Shown piece by piece: positions 20,983 to 30,313 of a stretch of DNA of 64,000 bases (positions within the stretch are counted from its first letter, which is position 1; every line of letters begins with the position of its first letter). The notes under the pieces were generated by a model. That model saw only the letters and a list, made by a program, of their open reading frames with translations, made no database searches and was not told the DNA's origin. This DNA is from Waddliaceae bacterium (GTDB lineage Bacteria; Chlamydiota; Chlamydiia; Chlamydiales; SLFE01): the NCBI GenBank assembly GCA_963783885.1, contig CAWAPJ010000001.1, positions 64,001 through 128,000 of the forward strand, read 5' to 3'. The position numbers and the translations under genes are program-made.

Positions 20983-22039
20983 TCATTTTTTGGTGGTGAA
21001 AGTGTTTGACAAGAGCAGAGGTCACCTCGTCGATCTCTCCCTGCATAGCTCGATCGAGATGATATAAGGTCATGTTAATACGGTGATCGGTCAAACGGTT
21101 TTGAGGGAAATTATACGTGCGGATCCTTTCGGAGCGATCCCCTGTCCCTACCTGCAAAGACCGCTTCGAGGCCATCTCTTTTTCCCTTTGTATTCTCTCC
21201 TGTTCAGCAATTTTCGCCGAAAGAAAGCGCATTGCCTTTTCCTTGTTCTTGTGCTGGCTCCTCTCTTCCTGGCAGGCAACGACTATGCCGGTCGGAATAT
21301 GCGTGATGCGGACAGCGCTGTCTGTCGTGTTGACATGCTGTCCTCCCGCTCCCGAAGAGCGGAACGTATCGATCCTCAGGTCTTTTTCTTCCACCTTAAC
21401 TTCTTCCTCTTCGGAAGGTTCGGGAAGTGCTGCCACTGTGATGGCGGAAGTATGGACCCTCCCTTGAGCTTCGGTTTCGGGAACTCTTTGCACCCGGTGG
21501 GTGCCCGCTTCGTGCTGGAGGAACCTGTACACATTAGACCCGGAGAGAACCATAACGTATTCTTTAAACCCTCCCATTTCGGAAGGGGTGCAGGAGAGAA
21601 GTTCATAGCGCCATCCCATACGGTCGGCATAGAGCTTATACATTCTGACACAATCGGCAACGAAAAGAGCCGCCTCCGCCCCGCCCGTACCGGCTCTCAG
21701 TTCCAGAATTGTATTGCGGTTGTCCAAGGGATCGGGAGGAACAAGAAGGTTGTCAAGTTTGACTGTCAGCTCATGAACCACCTTTTCCAGCTTCTCTATA
21801 TCTTCTTCCAAAACGATGGTAAATTCGGGATCTTCTTCACTTTCAAGCATTTTTTGATTATCGCCCAGCTGATGCTCGGCATTTTTCAATTCGTTCCAGC
21901 AATTCTTGATCTCGGATAATCGGGAGTGCTCCTGGGTCAAGGTTCGGTACTTTTCCTGATCCTGGATGATATCAGGCTGGCCGAGAGCCTGCTCGACTTC
22001 GTCCAACCGGCTGATCAGAGACTTTATCTTTTCTTCCAT
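20972..22039 (-). CDS. prfA: peptide chain release factor 1
   Basis: PET anticodon loop (VQRVPETE), GGQ motif, [14 protein letters not shown]. Confidence 0.97.
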   Translation of the reverse strand: MEEKIKSLISRLDEVEQALGQPDIIQDQEKYRTLTQEHSRLSEIKNCWNELKNAEHQLGDNQKMLESEEDPEFTIVLEEDIEKLEKVVHELTVKLDNLLVPPDPLDNRNTILELRAGTGGAEAALFVADCVRMYKLYADRMGWRYELLSCTPSEMGGFKEYVMVLSGSNVYRFLQHEAGTHRVQRVPETEAQGRVHTSAITVAALPEPSEEEEVKVEEKDLRIDTFRSSGAGGQHVNTTDSAVRITHIPTGIVVACQEERSQHKNKEKAMRFLSAKIAEQERIQREKEMASKRSLQVGTGDRSERIRTYNFPQNRLTDHRINMTLYHLDRAMQGEIDEVTSALVKHFHHQKMNAG

Positions 22040-22119
22040 TTTTACCTTTTAACAATAAAAAATATCCGCCACGCCTGCTCTTGGCAGACAGGACGGATGA
22101 AAATCAAATGAAAATGAAG

Positions 22120-22455
22120 TTACTTTTTCTTCTTTTTCGCTGTTTTTTTCTTGGCAGGCTCTTCAGCAGCTTCCTTCTCCGCTTCCGCCTGCATTTTAGC
22201 CGCTTCCCGCTTTGCCTTTTCCTTGTAACGCTTTGTAAATTTATCTATGCGCCCTTCGGTATCGACCAAACCCGATTTACCGGAGAAAAAGGGATGCGAG
22301 TGGGAGGAGATAGGGACATGGTAAACAGGATACTCGACGCCTTCAAAAACCTCTTTTTCCTCCGGGTTCAAAGCGGCTCCACAGACAAATTTGTGCCCGG
22401 TTGAGGAATCGACAAACAAAATTTTCTGATATTTAGGGTGTATCTCTTTCTTCAT
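22120..22455 (-). CDS. rpmE2: 50S ribosomal protein L31 type B
   Basis: [29 protein letters not shown]; no CxxC zinc ligands. Confidence 0.93.
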   Translation of the reverse strand: MKKEIHPKYQKILFVDSSTGHKFVCGAALNPEEKEVFEGVEYPVYHVPISSHSHPFFSGKSGLVDTEGRIDKFTKRYKEKAKREAAKMQAEAEKEAAEEPAKKKTAKKKKK

Positions 22456-22632
22456 TAATCACTCCAATATGAAATTTTAAGGCTTATCATACAAAATTTT
22501 GCCATTAACCACAAGCCTGAAATGGTGTTATTTTGTGGCAAGGTTTTTTAAAATGACTCACAATAAATGACATACAAACCTCATTTGGAATAATAAAAAA
22601 AATATTATAAAATAAGTCGAAAAGGAGGTTTT

Positions 22633-23706
22633 ATGATCAGCTGTTATCGCCTGGGTGGGGCCATTAAAAGGCCTCCTTTTTTTGCTCTCAATTCCTACTG
22701 GAAACGCTATTCAATTCATTACTTTCCAGGGATTAGCGGTCCTATAGGAGGCATTTTTCGAATAGCTATCAGCAGCCTGTACGGGTTCTACCACACCCTG
22801 TCCTTAAAAACTCATCAGATTAGGCCATTGCCCGGAGGATTTAAGAATCCCAATCAATTCTGTTTCGGGCATGCTCTTTTTCAGGTTCTCTTTGCTTCAG
22901 ACAAATTTTCAAAATATTTGTCGCCAAAGAAACACAGTTTGAAGCCATACCACAATGAAAACTCGGAAAATTTAAACCTGAGAATCAAAGTCCAGCATCA
23001 TCTCAATAAAATGCGAAGAAAAATCACTGGTCACAAAACCGTAAGCGCTTCCGAATCCTTCCGGCTAAGGCATCAGTTTCACCTCGCAAACCACAATATT
23101 CCTGAAAAAGGACAATGGGATCTTTGCGAATTCTCCGATCACGTTTTCAAAATAATAGAGGTTCCTCCTATAGAATTTTCTTTAGATGTCCTCCCTCTTC
23201 GCTATTTTGCCAATTCGTTTTATCTCAATCCCAATATGATGAGAGTTAAGAAAACCATTTCCCTGGATTCAATTCCACTTCTTAACGAAAAACTTGAAAC
23301 AATACCGGAAGATCCCGAAATTATCAGCCAGCTGCCTAAAGTGACACTAAAAAACATTATGTTCAACACAAAGCACACTCCAGACTACCTATCGGTTCAA
23401 ATTTCGCGCTTTCATCATGATTTGACATCGACTAGGAAAAAGTCTATTCAACTCAAAGATATCTCCCGACTCAAGTTCCGCCTGAACAATTCGAAAGATA
23501 AAATCGATTATCAACTTATCGGATCCTGCGAGCACGAAGGTACAATTAGACAAGGACACTACTATTCAATTATCCGCTATCTTCATGAAGGAAAGCATTA
23601 TTGGATCAAATGCGACAGCGCTTCAATATCCTTTTTTAACACTAAAAAAGTCAATGACATGATAGGCAAAAAGGGGTGTTATTATTTCTATGAAAGAGTA
23701 TCATAG
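22633..23706 (+). CDS. ubiquitin-specific protease (USP, peptidase C19)-like protein, candidate effector
   Basis: Cys box GFKNPNQFCFGHALFQVL; His box YQLIGSCEHEGTIRQGHYYSII; WIKCDS. Confidence 0.75.
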   Translation: MISCYRLGGAIKRPPFFALNSYWKRYSIHYFPGISGPIGGIFRIAISSLYGFYHTLSLKTHQIRPLPGGFKNPNQFCFGHALFQVLFASDKFSKYLSPKKHSLKPYHNENSENLNLRIKVQHHLNKMRRKITGHKTVSASESFRLRHQFHLANHNIPEKGQWDLCEFSDHVFKIIEVPPIEFSLDVLPLRYFANSFYLNPNMMRVKKTISLDSIPLLNEKLETIPEDPEIISQLPKVTLKNIMFNTKHTPDYLSVQISRFHHDLTSTRKKSIQLKDISRLKFRLNNSKDKIDYQLIGSCEHEGTIRQGHYYSIIRYLHEGKHYWIKCDSASISFFNTKKVNDMIGKKGCYYFYERVS

Positions 23707-23712
23707 AAGGGT

Positions 23713-24585
23713 ATGAGAACGACTCTAGGACAAATCGGCCCCTCCCAAACTCCGGGAATCATCCGGACAATTATTATCGCCACCTCTGCCACCACACTCT
23801 TAACTGCCCTCGTCGATCCGCTGATTTTTGGACATTTTCACTTCAGCCTGCAATATTTTCTTAGCCTCTCCGCATCGATGTTCAAATCGCTCTACCTATG
23901 GCAGCCGTTCACTTATCTTTTTGTCCTGCAGCCTTATGGCGGAATCACATTCGGATTGATCTTCAGCCTCTTTTTCCAAATGCTTATACTTTGGATGATG
24001 GGCGCTGCAATTGCAGAAAGATATGGGGAAAAATCCTTTTCCAAACTTTATTTCGGCTCAGGAATTCTCGCCGGACTACTGACACTTCCCTATTACCTGT
24101 CATTTCCCCATACATTTCCTATTGCGGGCCCCACAGCAAGCCTATACGCTGTCTTTGTTGTCTGGTGCATGCTGCACCAAGAGGCGCAAATTTTGCTCTT
24201 TTTCATCATCCCCGTCAAAGCGAAATGGCTTCTTGTCGGAGGCCTTGCCGCCTCGCTTTTGGTTTTCCTTTCCGAAGTTTCCGTCCTTTCTTTGATTTTG
24301 CTGGCCATAGGTACTCTTTACGGCTATCTCTATGCGGCATTTTTTAAAGAAACGATCTCGCCTTATCCCTTTTTAAATAAAGTGGACCGCTTCTTCATTA
24401 ATTTTGGGAGAAAATCAAGGCAAAAAAAGAAAGAATCTAAAATCGTCAAGTTTCCCGGAGGAAAACGTGAGGAATCCGATGAAGAGTTTGTCGACCGCAT
24501 GCTCGACAAAATTTCCAAAAAGGGAGCGGATTCCCTGACTAAAAAAGAGCAAGACCGCCTCGACAAAATCTCCAAAGGCAAGTAA
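23713..24585 (+). CDS. rhomboid-like membrane protein, probably catalytically inactive
   Basis: LWQPFTYLF, E..YG...F..LY, PVKAKW, C-terminal VDRMLDKISKKG.DSLT tail; AGPTAS in place of GxSG. Confidence 0.8.
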   Translation: MRTTLGQIGPSQTPGIIRTIIIATSATTLLTALVDPLIFGHFHFSLQYFLSLSASMFKSLYLWQPFTYLFVLQPYGGITFGLIFSLFFQMLILWMMGAAIAERYGEKSFSKLYFGSGILAGLLTLPYYLSFPHTFPIAGPTASLYAVFVVWCMLHQEAQILLFFIIPVKAKWLLVGGLAASLLVFLSEVSVLSLILLAIGTLYGYLYAAFFKETISPYPFLNKVDRFFINFGRKSRQKKKESKIVKFPGGKREESDEEFVDRMLDKISKKGADSLTKKEQDRLDKISKGK

Positions 24586-24648
24586 TCCTTTTGACAAATA
24601 CTAGCAGTGAGCCTATCCTTACTTTCCAAAACAGACAGGGAGGAAAAT

Positions 24649-24921
24649 ATGGTTTCAACCGTATCAAACGAATATAAAATCATCTACTGGGCAGGTGAAT
24701 TTCTATCAGCTATCTGCGACATCGATATCAAAATTAAAAAAAAGTTCAAAGAAATGACGCCATTAGTTTCTGAACATGTGAAAAAACACAAATGGAAACT
24801 GCTGGGAGGCGCGTCATTTTCCTTAGCTATTTGCATCTTTGCCCTTTACCGACTTCACGAATCCCGCTCATTATTACAAATTAGAGCCCTAAGGTCATCG
24901 GATGAGAACAAATCAAGTTAG
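24649..24921 (+). CDS. small hypothetical membrane protein
   Basis: GGAGG RBS before ATG 24649; one hydrophobic helix after KKHKWKLL. Confidence 0.6.
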   Translation: MVSTVSNEYKIIYWAGEFLSAICDIDIKIKKKFKEMTPLVSEHVKKHKWKLLGGASFSLAICIFALYRLHESRSLLQIRALRSSDENKSS

Positions 24922-24977
24922 AAAAATATGGAGGAATCATGCAACCATCTGATCAACTTCCCCCGCTTATTACTATG

Positions 24978-26121
24978 ACCCTGATTGCTACCTAAACCTT
25001 AGCTAGAGCTTACACGAGTGCGCCAGATACAACTGTAGCGCCTCGGCAAGGGTAATCCCTTGCCGAGGCGCTACAGGCAGTAGATGGTGTGCTCGTGTAA
25101 GCTCTAGCTGAGCTCCCCTTTGCATAAAAACGAAACACTATAGGCAAGAATTGCACAGAATACTTTTATCAAAAAGCCTTGTTCAGTGCAGAACTTAAAA
25201 GTTCTGGGGAAAAGGTTTGTTATGCAGCTAAATGTCGTCTCGACAATCTGTCGCTTGCTGCTAATTTCCCTCTCTTCAATTGGTGTTCGGACTCTATTCT
25301 TTGCTTTACATCCCCGTTTTGCAAGCAATGTAATTTGTTCTTCTTTCAAGATGTCTTCTAAATCAAAGCAATTATACGCACCATCTGCATAAAGTTTAGA
25401 ATCTGGTGGAATGTCCAGTTTCATTTCCCAGAGCACCTTTACATCGCTTACTGCTCCTGGCTTGAAAAGAACTTCAACCGGCTTGCCTTCGCTCGTCACA
25501 ATCATATGAACTTTTATGCCGCAAAAGTAACGCTTTTTAGAAGCTGCGAAACCTAAATACCTTCGTTCTAGAAAAACCTTCCGTTTATCGATTCTATTTT
25601 TCTGACAACATGAAACTGGAAAGCTGTCTATAGCAAAACCCTGATCTTTATTTATTTGCTTAAAAAATAGAGCTAAAAAACGGAAAATGGCGTTCCAACA
25701 AATCCAAGGAATTTTATGAATTCGGCGATTTAGCCGGCTATTGCTTAAAATAGCTCTGAATAATCGTAATCTTTTACATAAATATCTGGACATTTTATAG
25801 TTACAAGAAAAATATTTTGCTGATAAAATAGCAAAAGTTATCACTTCTGCGTTGGACATTTGAGATTGAGGATCGTCTTTAATCCCCAAAATTCGAAGGA
25901 TTTCTTCGCTGATGACATAAACTGTTGTTGCGTAAGTTTCCATGATGCCCCCTTTTTTTGGCTAAGGAAGTATCATAGAGACTATTGTCGTTAAAATCTT
26001 TCATTGAATTCATCTGCTAAGCCTCGATTATCGGCAAGGGATTACCCTTGCCTTCAAATCGAGTCTACGCATCTGAATCCAACGAAAGACTTTAACAACA
26101 AGTTTAGGTAGCAATCAGGGT
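24978..26121 (-). mobile_element. IS982-family insertion sequence, full length
   Basis: TIR ACCCTGATTGCTACCTAAAC at both ends; 5-bp direct repeat CTATG. Confidence 0.95.
25104..25943 (-). CDS. IS982-family DDE transposase
   Basis: IDSFPV, YFCGIKVH, ADGAY, RQIVETTFS motifs; 279 aa. Confidence 0.93.
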   Translation of the reverse strand: METYATTVYVISEEILRILGIKDDPQSQMSNAEVITFAILSAKYFSCNYKMSRYLCKRLRLFRAILSNSRLNRRIHKIPWICWNAIFRFLALFFKQINKDQGFAIDSFPVSCCQKNRIDKRKVFLERRYLGFAASKKRYFCGIKVHMIVTSEGKPVEVLFKPGAVSDVKVLWEMKLDIPPDSKLYADGAYNCFDLEDILKEEQITLLAKRGCKAKNRVRTPIEEREISSKRQIVETTFSCITNLFPRTFKFCTEQGFLIKVFCAILAYSVSFLCKGELS

Positions 26122-26254
26122 CTATGGGCGATGTTGTAAAATTTGCAGCAAGCGAACTTTGCCCGAAAAAAAATCAATGGAAACTCATTCTCGGCACCTG
26201 CTTGATTACATATTTAGCAATAAGAACCTTTGATTATATCAGAAACAATGAAAC

Positions 26255-27892
26255 TCACGCGAGAAGGTTTCTGATCAATTTTTGGGACTCGTCAGAAAGC
26301 GGGTCGGCAAGAAGATTCTTGAGACTTTTCTCTTCTACCCGCACAAATCGGTAAAGCGGAATCCCTTTTCTGATTAATGAAAGGGTGTATTGGGGCTTGC
26401 TTAGGAGAATCTGAAAATGGGGAAGGTGAATTTCTGCAAGCTGCTTTATATCCACACCGCCATTTTTTAAAATCGAAAGAGATTTCAAGTTTGAAAGAGC
26501 TACTTTGAACTCCTCAAGCAAAAATGGCTCAAGATCGCTTATAGAAAGGCCCAGTTCAGGCATTATTTCCAGGAGTGGAAAACGAGAAAAAGCATAAACA
26601 GCCTGATCTTTGGACAGTTTGAAAAGCTCTTTTGGAGGTGTTCCCGATTTCTCAAGTTTCAGAATACTGGCGGCATGCCTTAAAACCTCGGAAAGAATCA
26701 AAGGATAACGAGTCAGATCATTTAAAGTGAGGCCGCTTTTTATCAGCTTTTCTACCTGCGCAGGATAAGCAGTCAGAGTCTCGATGACATCGATATCGAT
26801 TTCAAGTATTGATTGCCTAAAAACGCCAAGCTTTTCTGATATGTCTATCATAGGGCCGTAGCGGTCCTGATGTTTTAGGACATCTTCAAACTGCCGGTCG
26901 GAAAGCGGACTGAGATCCTTGAGACCCACCCCCACCTCCGACAACGCTAAAAAACCTTCTCGATTTTGGAGTAATAGGTCTGTTTTGGCATGCTTTAACG
27001 TTGCCAAGCCCATGAAAATATCCGTGTCTCTCTCTTTTGCTGTGAGAAAAAATCCACTATTTTTAAAAAGTTTCTCCAAATTATACGAATCGATTTTAAA
27101 CAGAATTTTTTGGGGCGCGTTTTGACCGAGAAGACGTGAAAACGCCTCTCCATGAGAAAGGATCATAAACATCTGCCAAAAATCAAGTCCTTCCAGATCC
27201 TTTCTTTCAATAAGCGGTTGAAAAGCCTCAGCCTCTCTGAGCTTGCCCGAATCTATCGTTCCAATCGTTTCGAACTCGACACCCAAATCCAGCAGCTTGA
27301 TAATCTCGGGAACATGTTTTAAAAACCATCCGAAATCCCAATCGGGAAGGGGGACTAGCTGCTCCCATTTGACGCCATGCTCCAAAAGAGACAGTGTTTG
27401 CTCGGGCCGAATCAGCATCTCCTCAACCCAATTCCATCTCAATTTCAGAAGATCATCGACAGTTTCGAACTTTTTTAGGATAGAGGAAATCGCATCGGGA
27501 TGCTGGAGAATCAATCCAAGCTGATAACCACTGAAGCGGACAAGCTCTCGAATAGAAATTCCCGACTGAAGAATGACAGCAAGACCTTCTGTATGATGCA
27601 GCACCTCGATAAGCTGGGGTGAATCAAAAAGGTAAAAATCCTGAGAAGAAAATCCTTTTGAAACCAGTTCAATGACCCGCTCCGACTCGATGCAAAGAAC
27701 CTGCAGTTCCTGCCAAGAAAATTCTAAAAGCTCGTTAAAAGTAAAAATCTTTTTAGCGATGAGCTTCCTGACAGCTGAAGGATATTCCAAAATTGCAGTC
27801 CGATGCCCGACTTTCGTGCTTGCAGCGATTTTTGGCCAATCTTCTTCTGCTATGACTCCTTTAAGCTCATCGGGCATCTGCGGAACAGTCAT
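26255..27892 (-). CDS. hypothetical protein built of ~31-aa tandem helical repeats
   Basis: Consecutive units VILQSGISIRELVRFSGYQLGLILQHPDAIS, SLLEHGVKWEQLVPL..., KLEKSGTPPKELFKL..., ILKNGGVDIKQLAEI... Confidence 0.75.
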   Translation of the reverse strand: MTVPQMPDELKGVIAEEDWPKIAASTKVGHRTAILEYPSAVRKLIAKKIFTFNELLEFSWQELQVLCIESERVIELVSKGFSSQDFYLFDSPQLIEVLHHTEGLAVILQSGISIRELVRFSGYQLGLILQHPDAISSILKKFETVDDLLKLRWNWVEEMLIRPEQTLSLLEHGVKWEQLVPLPDWDFGWFLKHVPEIIKLLDLGVEFETIGTIDSGKLREAEAFQPLIERKDLEGLDFWQMFMILSHGEAFSRLLGQNAPQKILFKIDSYNLEKLFKNSGFFLTAKERDTDIFMGLATLKHAKTDLLLQNREGFLALSEVGVGLKDLSPLSDRQFEDVLKHQDRYGPMIDISEKLGVFRQSILEIDIDVIETLTAYPAQVEKLIKSGLTLNDLTRYPLILSEVLRHAASILKLEKSGTPPKELFKLSKDQAVYAFSRFPLLEIMPELGLSISDLEPFLLEEFKVALSNLKSLSILKNGGVDIKQLAEIHLPHFQILLSKPQYTLSLIRKGIPLYRFVRVEEKSLKNLLADPLSDESQKLIRNLLA

Positions 27893-28110
27893 TGGAAATC
27901 TTCAGCTCCCCTAAGAGCGATTAACGTCAGTTGAACCCCATGAAGCACGCCCTCTTCATACCGAAATTCCGGGTGGTTTTCCAGTTCGGGAAAGTCGTTT
28001 GGCTGAAGTAGATCGTCCTTAGTCACGTGAGGAACAATTCTTTTCGCCAATTTGAGCAATTTTGCCTCCTGCCCAGAAATCAATTCCAATAAAAGATTTT
28101 CAGTCTGCAT
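27889..28110 (-). CDS. small conserved-looking hypothetical protein
   Basis: 73 aa, DDLLQPNDFPELENHPEFRYEEG; overlaps the tadA stop region. Confidence 0.75.
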   Translation of the reverse strand: MQTENLLLELISGQEAKLLKLAKRIVPHVTKDDLLQPNDFPELENHPEFRYEEGVLHGVQLTLIALRGAEDFQ

Positions 28111-28591
28111 GCGACTGTCTCCTTTTAATAAAAAACTCTTTTAAAAGAAAAGAGGCTTCATCCGCATAAATCCCTTTCCGGATTTCAATTGCGTGCGTGG
28201 GGTGTTTATTTTCAAACAAATTGATCCAGCTCCCTCCGGCGCCGTGCCGAATATCGGGAGCGCCCCAAACAACGGTTTTCACCCTTGAAAGCAGCGTGGC
28301 TCCAGCGCACATCGCACAAGGTTCAATCGTGCAGTAAAGAGTCGTATCGAGAAGCCGCCAATCCCCCATTGCATTCGCCCCTGCTGTGAGGCAAAGCATT
28401 TCGGCATGAGCAGTGGCGTCCTTTAAAAGCTCCACCTGATTATATCCCTTAGCAATCACCCTTCCCTTTAAGACCAGCACGGCACCTACAGGAACTTCTT
28501 CATTTTGAAAAGCTTTCCATGCTTGCTTCAAAGCCTCCAGCATAAATTTTTTATCGTCGCTATCGGGTGTTAAATGAAAAGGAAACGTCAT
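28100..28591 (-). CDS. tadA: tRNA adenosine(34) deaminase
   Basis: EVPVGAV, AHAE, EPCAMC zinc motifs. Confidence 0.95.
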   Translation of the reverse strand: MTFPFHLTPDSDDKKFMLEALKQAWKAFQNEEVPVGAVLVLKGRVIAKGYNQVELLKDATAHAEMLCLTAGANAMGDWRLLDTTLYCTIEPCAMCAGATLLSRVKTVVWGAPDIRHGAGGSWINLFENKHPTHAIEIRKGIYADEASFLLKEFFIKRRQSHAD

Positions 28592-29064
28592 TCTTGATCC
28601 TTATGAGCCGCCTCCCTCAATTCCTTGTAAACGCTTTCGGGAAAAACGACTGTATTCAAGACGCAAAAGATATAGGTATCGAGAGCTCCGAAATGTTTTA
28701 CCGACTCACTGGCTAGCCGTTTGGAAAATTCTTCGTCAAGTTCTTCCAGCTCTGTAAAATCTTTGGCGACTGTCATAAGCCCGGCCTCGAAAAAGTCGTA
28801 AATTCCACCGTGCTTCATCAACCACCTTTCAGTAAAAAACTCCCAGATTTTCTCATCCCCCTCTTTTAAATAGGGGGAGTAAACCGGGACCAAATCCTCG
28901 GTTTTCAGCTTATTAGGACTTTTTTTCCCGAAATGCTTCTTTAAAAACCCGTCATCCTGCTTCAGATGGTCCACCCTTAAATCCCGTCTGATGCTTCTGA
29001 TGATATCCGGGATGCACTCTTCCAAAAGCGCATATTGCTGGTCATATGTTGAATCTTTAAGCAT
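28588..29064 (-). CDS. hypothetical protein
   Basis: 4-bp overlap with tadA start; likely start MLKDST at 29064 after an AAGGA RBS (ORF extends to 29169). Confidence 0.7.
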   Translation of the reverse strand: MLKDSTYDQQYALLEECIPDIIRSIRRDLRVDHLKQDDGFLKKHFGKKSPNKLKTEDLVPVYSPYLKEGDEKIWEFFTERWLMKHGGIYDFFEAGLMTVAKDFTELEELDEEFSKRLASESVKHFGALDTYIFCVLNTVVFPESVYKELREAAHKDQE

Positions 29065-29198
29065 AATCGCGTATTCCTTATTATAGAGGGAATTGAAAAC
29101 TAAGGCAAAACCGGTTTTTGAGCTAATTTGCTTAAGATTTTCTATTCCCTTTATAGGACACTTTATCAATTTTTAGGATCTCGATCAAGGAAGAAACG

Positions 29199-29450
29199 AT
29201 GAGCAGACATGAGCATTACTTCTATGGCAAACCCATTGTTGCCGATCAGGAAATGGAGTATATTCAAAAACTCCTTGCGAAATATAAAAATGAAGAAGTC
29301 ACCGAAGAGCTGAGAGAAAAGATCTGGAACGAACTGCAATGGGAAAAACATCTTGGCAATATCTCCATTCCCTTTAAGATAGTCGCAAGAAAAGACGAAT
29401 ACGGCCGGTACCCCGACACTATAGAAGTAATTCTTGATACCAAACTCTAG
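29199..29450 (+). CDS. small hypothetical protein
   Basis: 83-aa ORF with AAGGA RBS, divergent from the tadA operon. Confidence 0.7.
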   Translation: MSRHEHYFYGKPIVADQEMEYIQKLLAKYKNEEVTEELREKIWNELQWEKHLGNISIPFKIVARKDEYGRYPDTIEVILDTKL

Positions 29451-29606
29451 GCCCTGATTGCTACCTAAACCTTAGCTAGAGCTTACACGAGTGCGCCAGA
29501 TACAACTGTAGCGCCTCGGCAAGGGATTACCCTTGCCTTCAAATCGAGTCTACGCATCTGAATCCAACGAAAGACTTTAACAACAAGTTTAGGTAGCAAT
29601 CAGGAT
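29451..29606 (-). mobile_element. 156-bp non-autonomous IS982 derivative (right end fused to left end)
   Basis: Both TIRs present with single substitutions; internal junction within TCGGCAAGGG shared by both ends; flanks TCTAG/CCTAG. Confidence 0.88.
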
Positions 29607-29827
29607 CCTAGGGAGAGCAGAGAGGTTTAAGTTCCTATCAATTATTAAATAAAGCTCAAACAAAAAATTATTTGAAATGTAAAGGTTTTTATAGTAGAAA
29701 TTCATTTCTTCTTTCTGATCTCCGTTTTCTGATCTCTGCTTTCTGCTTGATATATAATGGCTTTCTGTGCTAAAATGTAAGCTTAGAAACAATTTAAAGA
29801 GGTTTAACACAAGAGGGGGTCCTCAGG

Positions 29828-30097
29828 ATGTCACTAGATAAGGGTACCAAAGAAGAAATCACCAAGAAGTTCCAGCTTCACGAAAAGGATACCGGGTCTG
29901 CCGATGTGCAAATTGCCATTTTAACAGAGAGAATCACCGAGTTGACCGAACACCTGAAACGATCGCCTAAAGACCACAATTCACGTCTGGCGCTCCTTAA
30001 GCTTGTCGGCCAAAGACGACGACTCCTGGATTATTTAAATTCTACCGATACAAAGCGGTATCAAGCTTTGATTAAAAAGCTGAAATTAAGACGCTAA
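29828..30097 (+). CDS. rpsO: 30S ribosomal protein S15
   Basis: [35 protein letters not shown]. Confidence 0.97.
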   Translation: MSLDKGTKEEITKKFQLHEKDTGSADVQIAILTERITELTEHLKRSPKDHNSRLALLKLVGQRRRLLDYLNSTDTKRYQALIKKLKLRR

Positions 30098-30102
30098 TTG
30101 AC

Positions 30103-30128
30103 AGCGGCCGGCAATCCGGCCGCTTCTC
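30103..30128 (+). terminator. stem-loop after rpsO
   Basis: AGCGGCCGG-caat-CCGGCCGCT followed by pyrimidine-rich sequence. Confidence 0.6.
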
Positions 30129-30195
30129 ATTTGCTCCTCTTTTTTGTTAATTTACCTCTTGAAATTAAATTGCAAAGAACTTAAAAATTAACTGT

Positions 30196-30288
30196 GGAAG
30201 TTGAGGTTGAATTGAAGTCAGAGACTTCTTTTTAACACAACGTGTAAAGAGAACTTTCTGAGTTCTATTCGAGTCTGCCTCGCCTTCC
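30196..30288 (+). promoter_or_regulatory. long imperfect hairpin in the pnp 5' leader
   Basis: Nested pairings GGAAG/CTTCC, GAGG/CCTC, GAAT/ATTC, TCAGA/TCTGA, TTCT/AGAA, ACAC/GTGT. Confidence 0.55.
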
Positions 30289-30313
30289 CAATCAAACGAT
30301 AGGAGAATATCCA

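Larger units (their letters stand above)
24939..26354 (+). pseudogene. small membrane-protein gene interrupted by IS982
   Basis: GGAGGA RBS then MQPSDQLPPLITM joins in frame to GDVVKFAA... (26124 ORF) once the IS and one CTATG are removed. Confidence 0.7.

Noticed and set aside
21083-21919. Long antisense ORFs (also 41377-42111 and 53485-54315)
   Set aside because: Shadow frames opposite prfA, ftsH and ispG; no recognisable motifs
29589-29810. 73-aa minus-strand ORF upstream of rpsO
   Set aside because: AT-rich intergenic sequence running into the MITE end; no protein features
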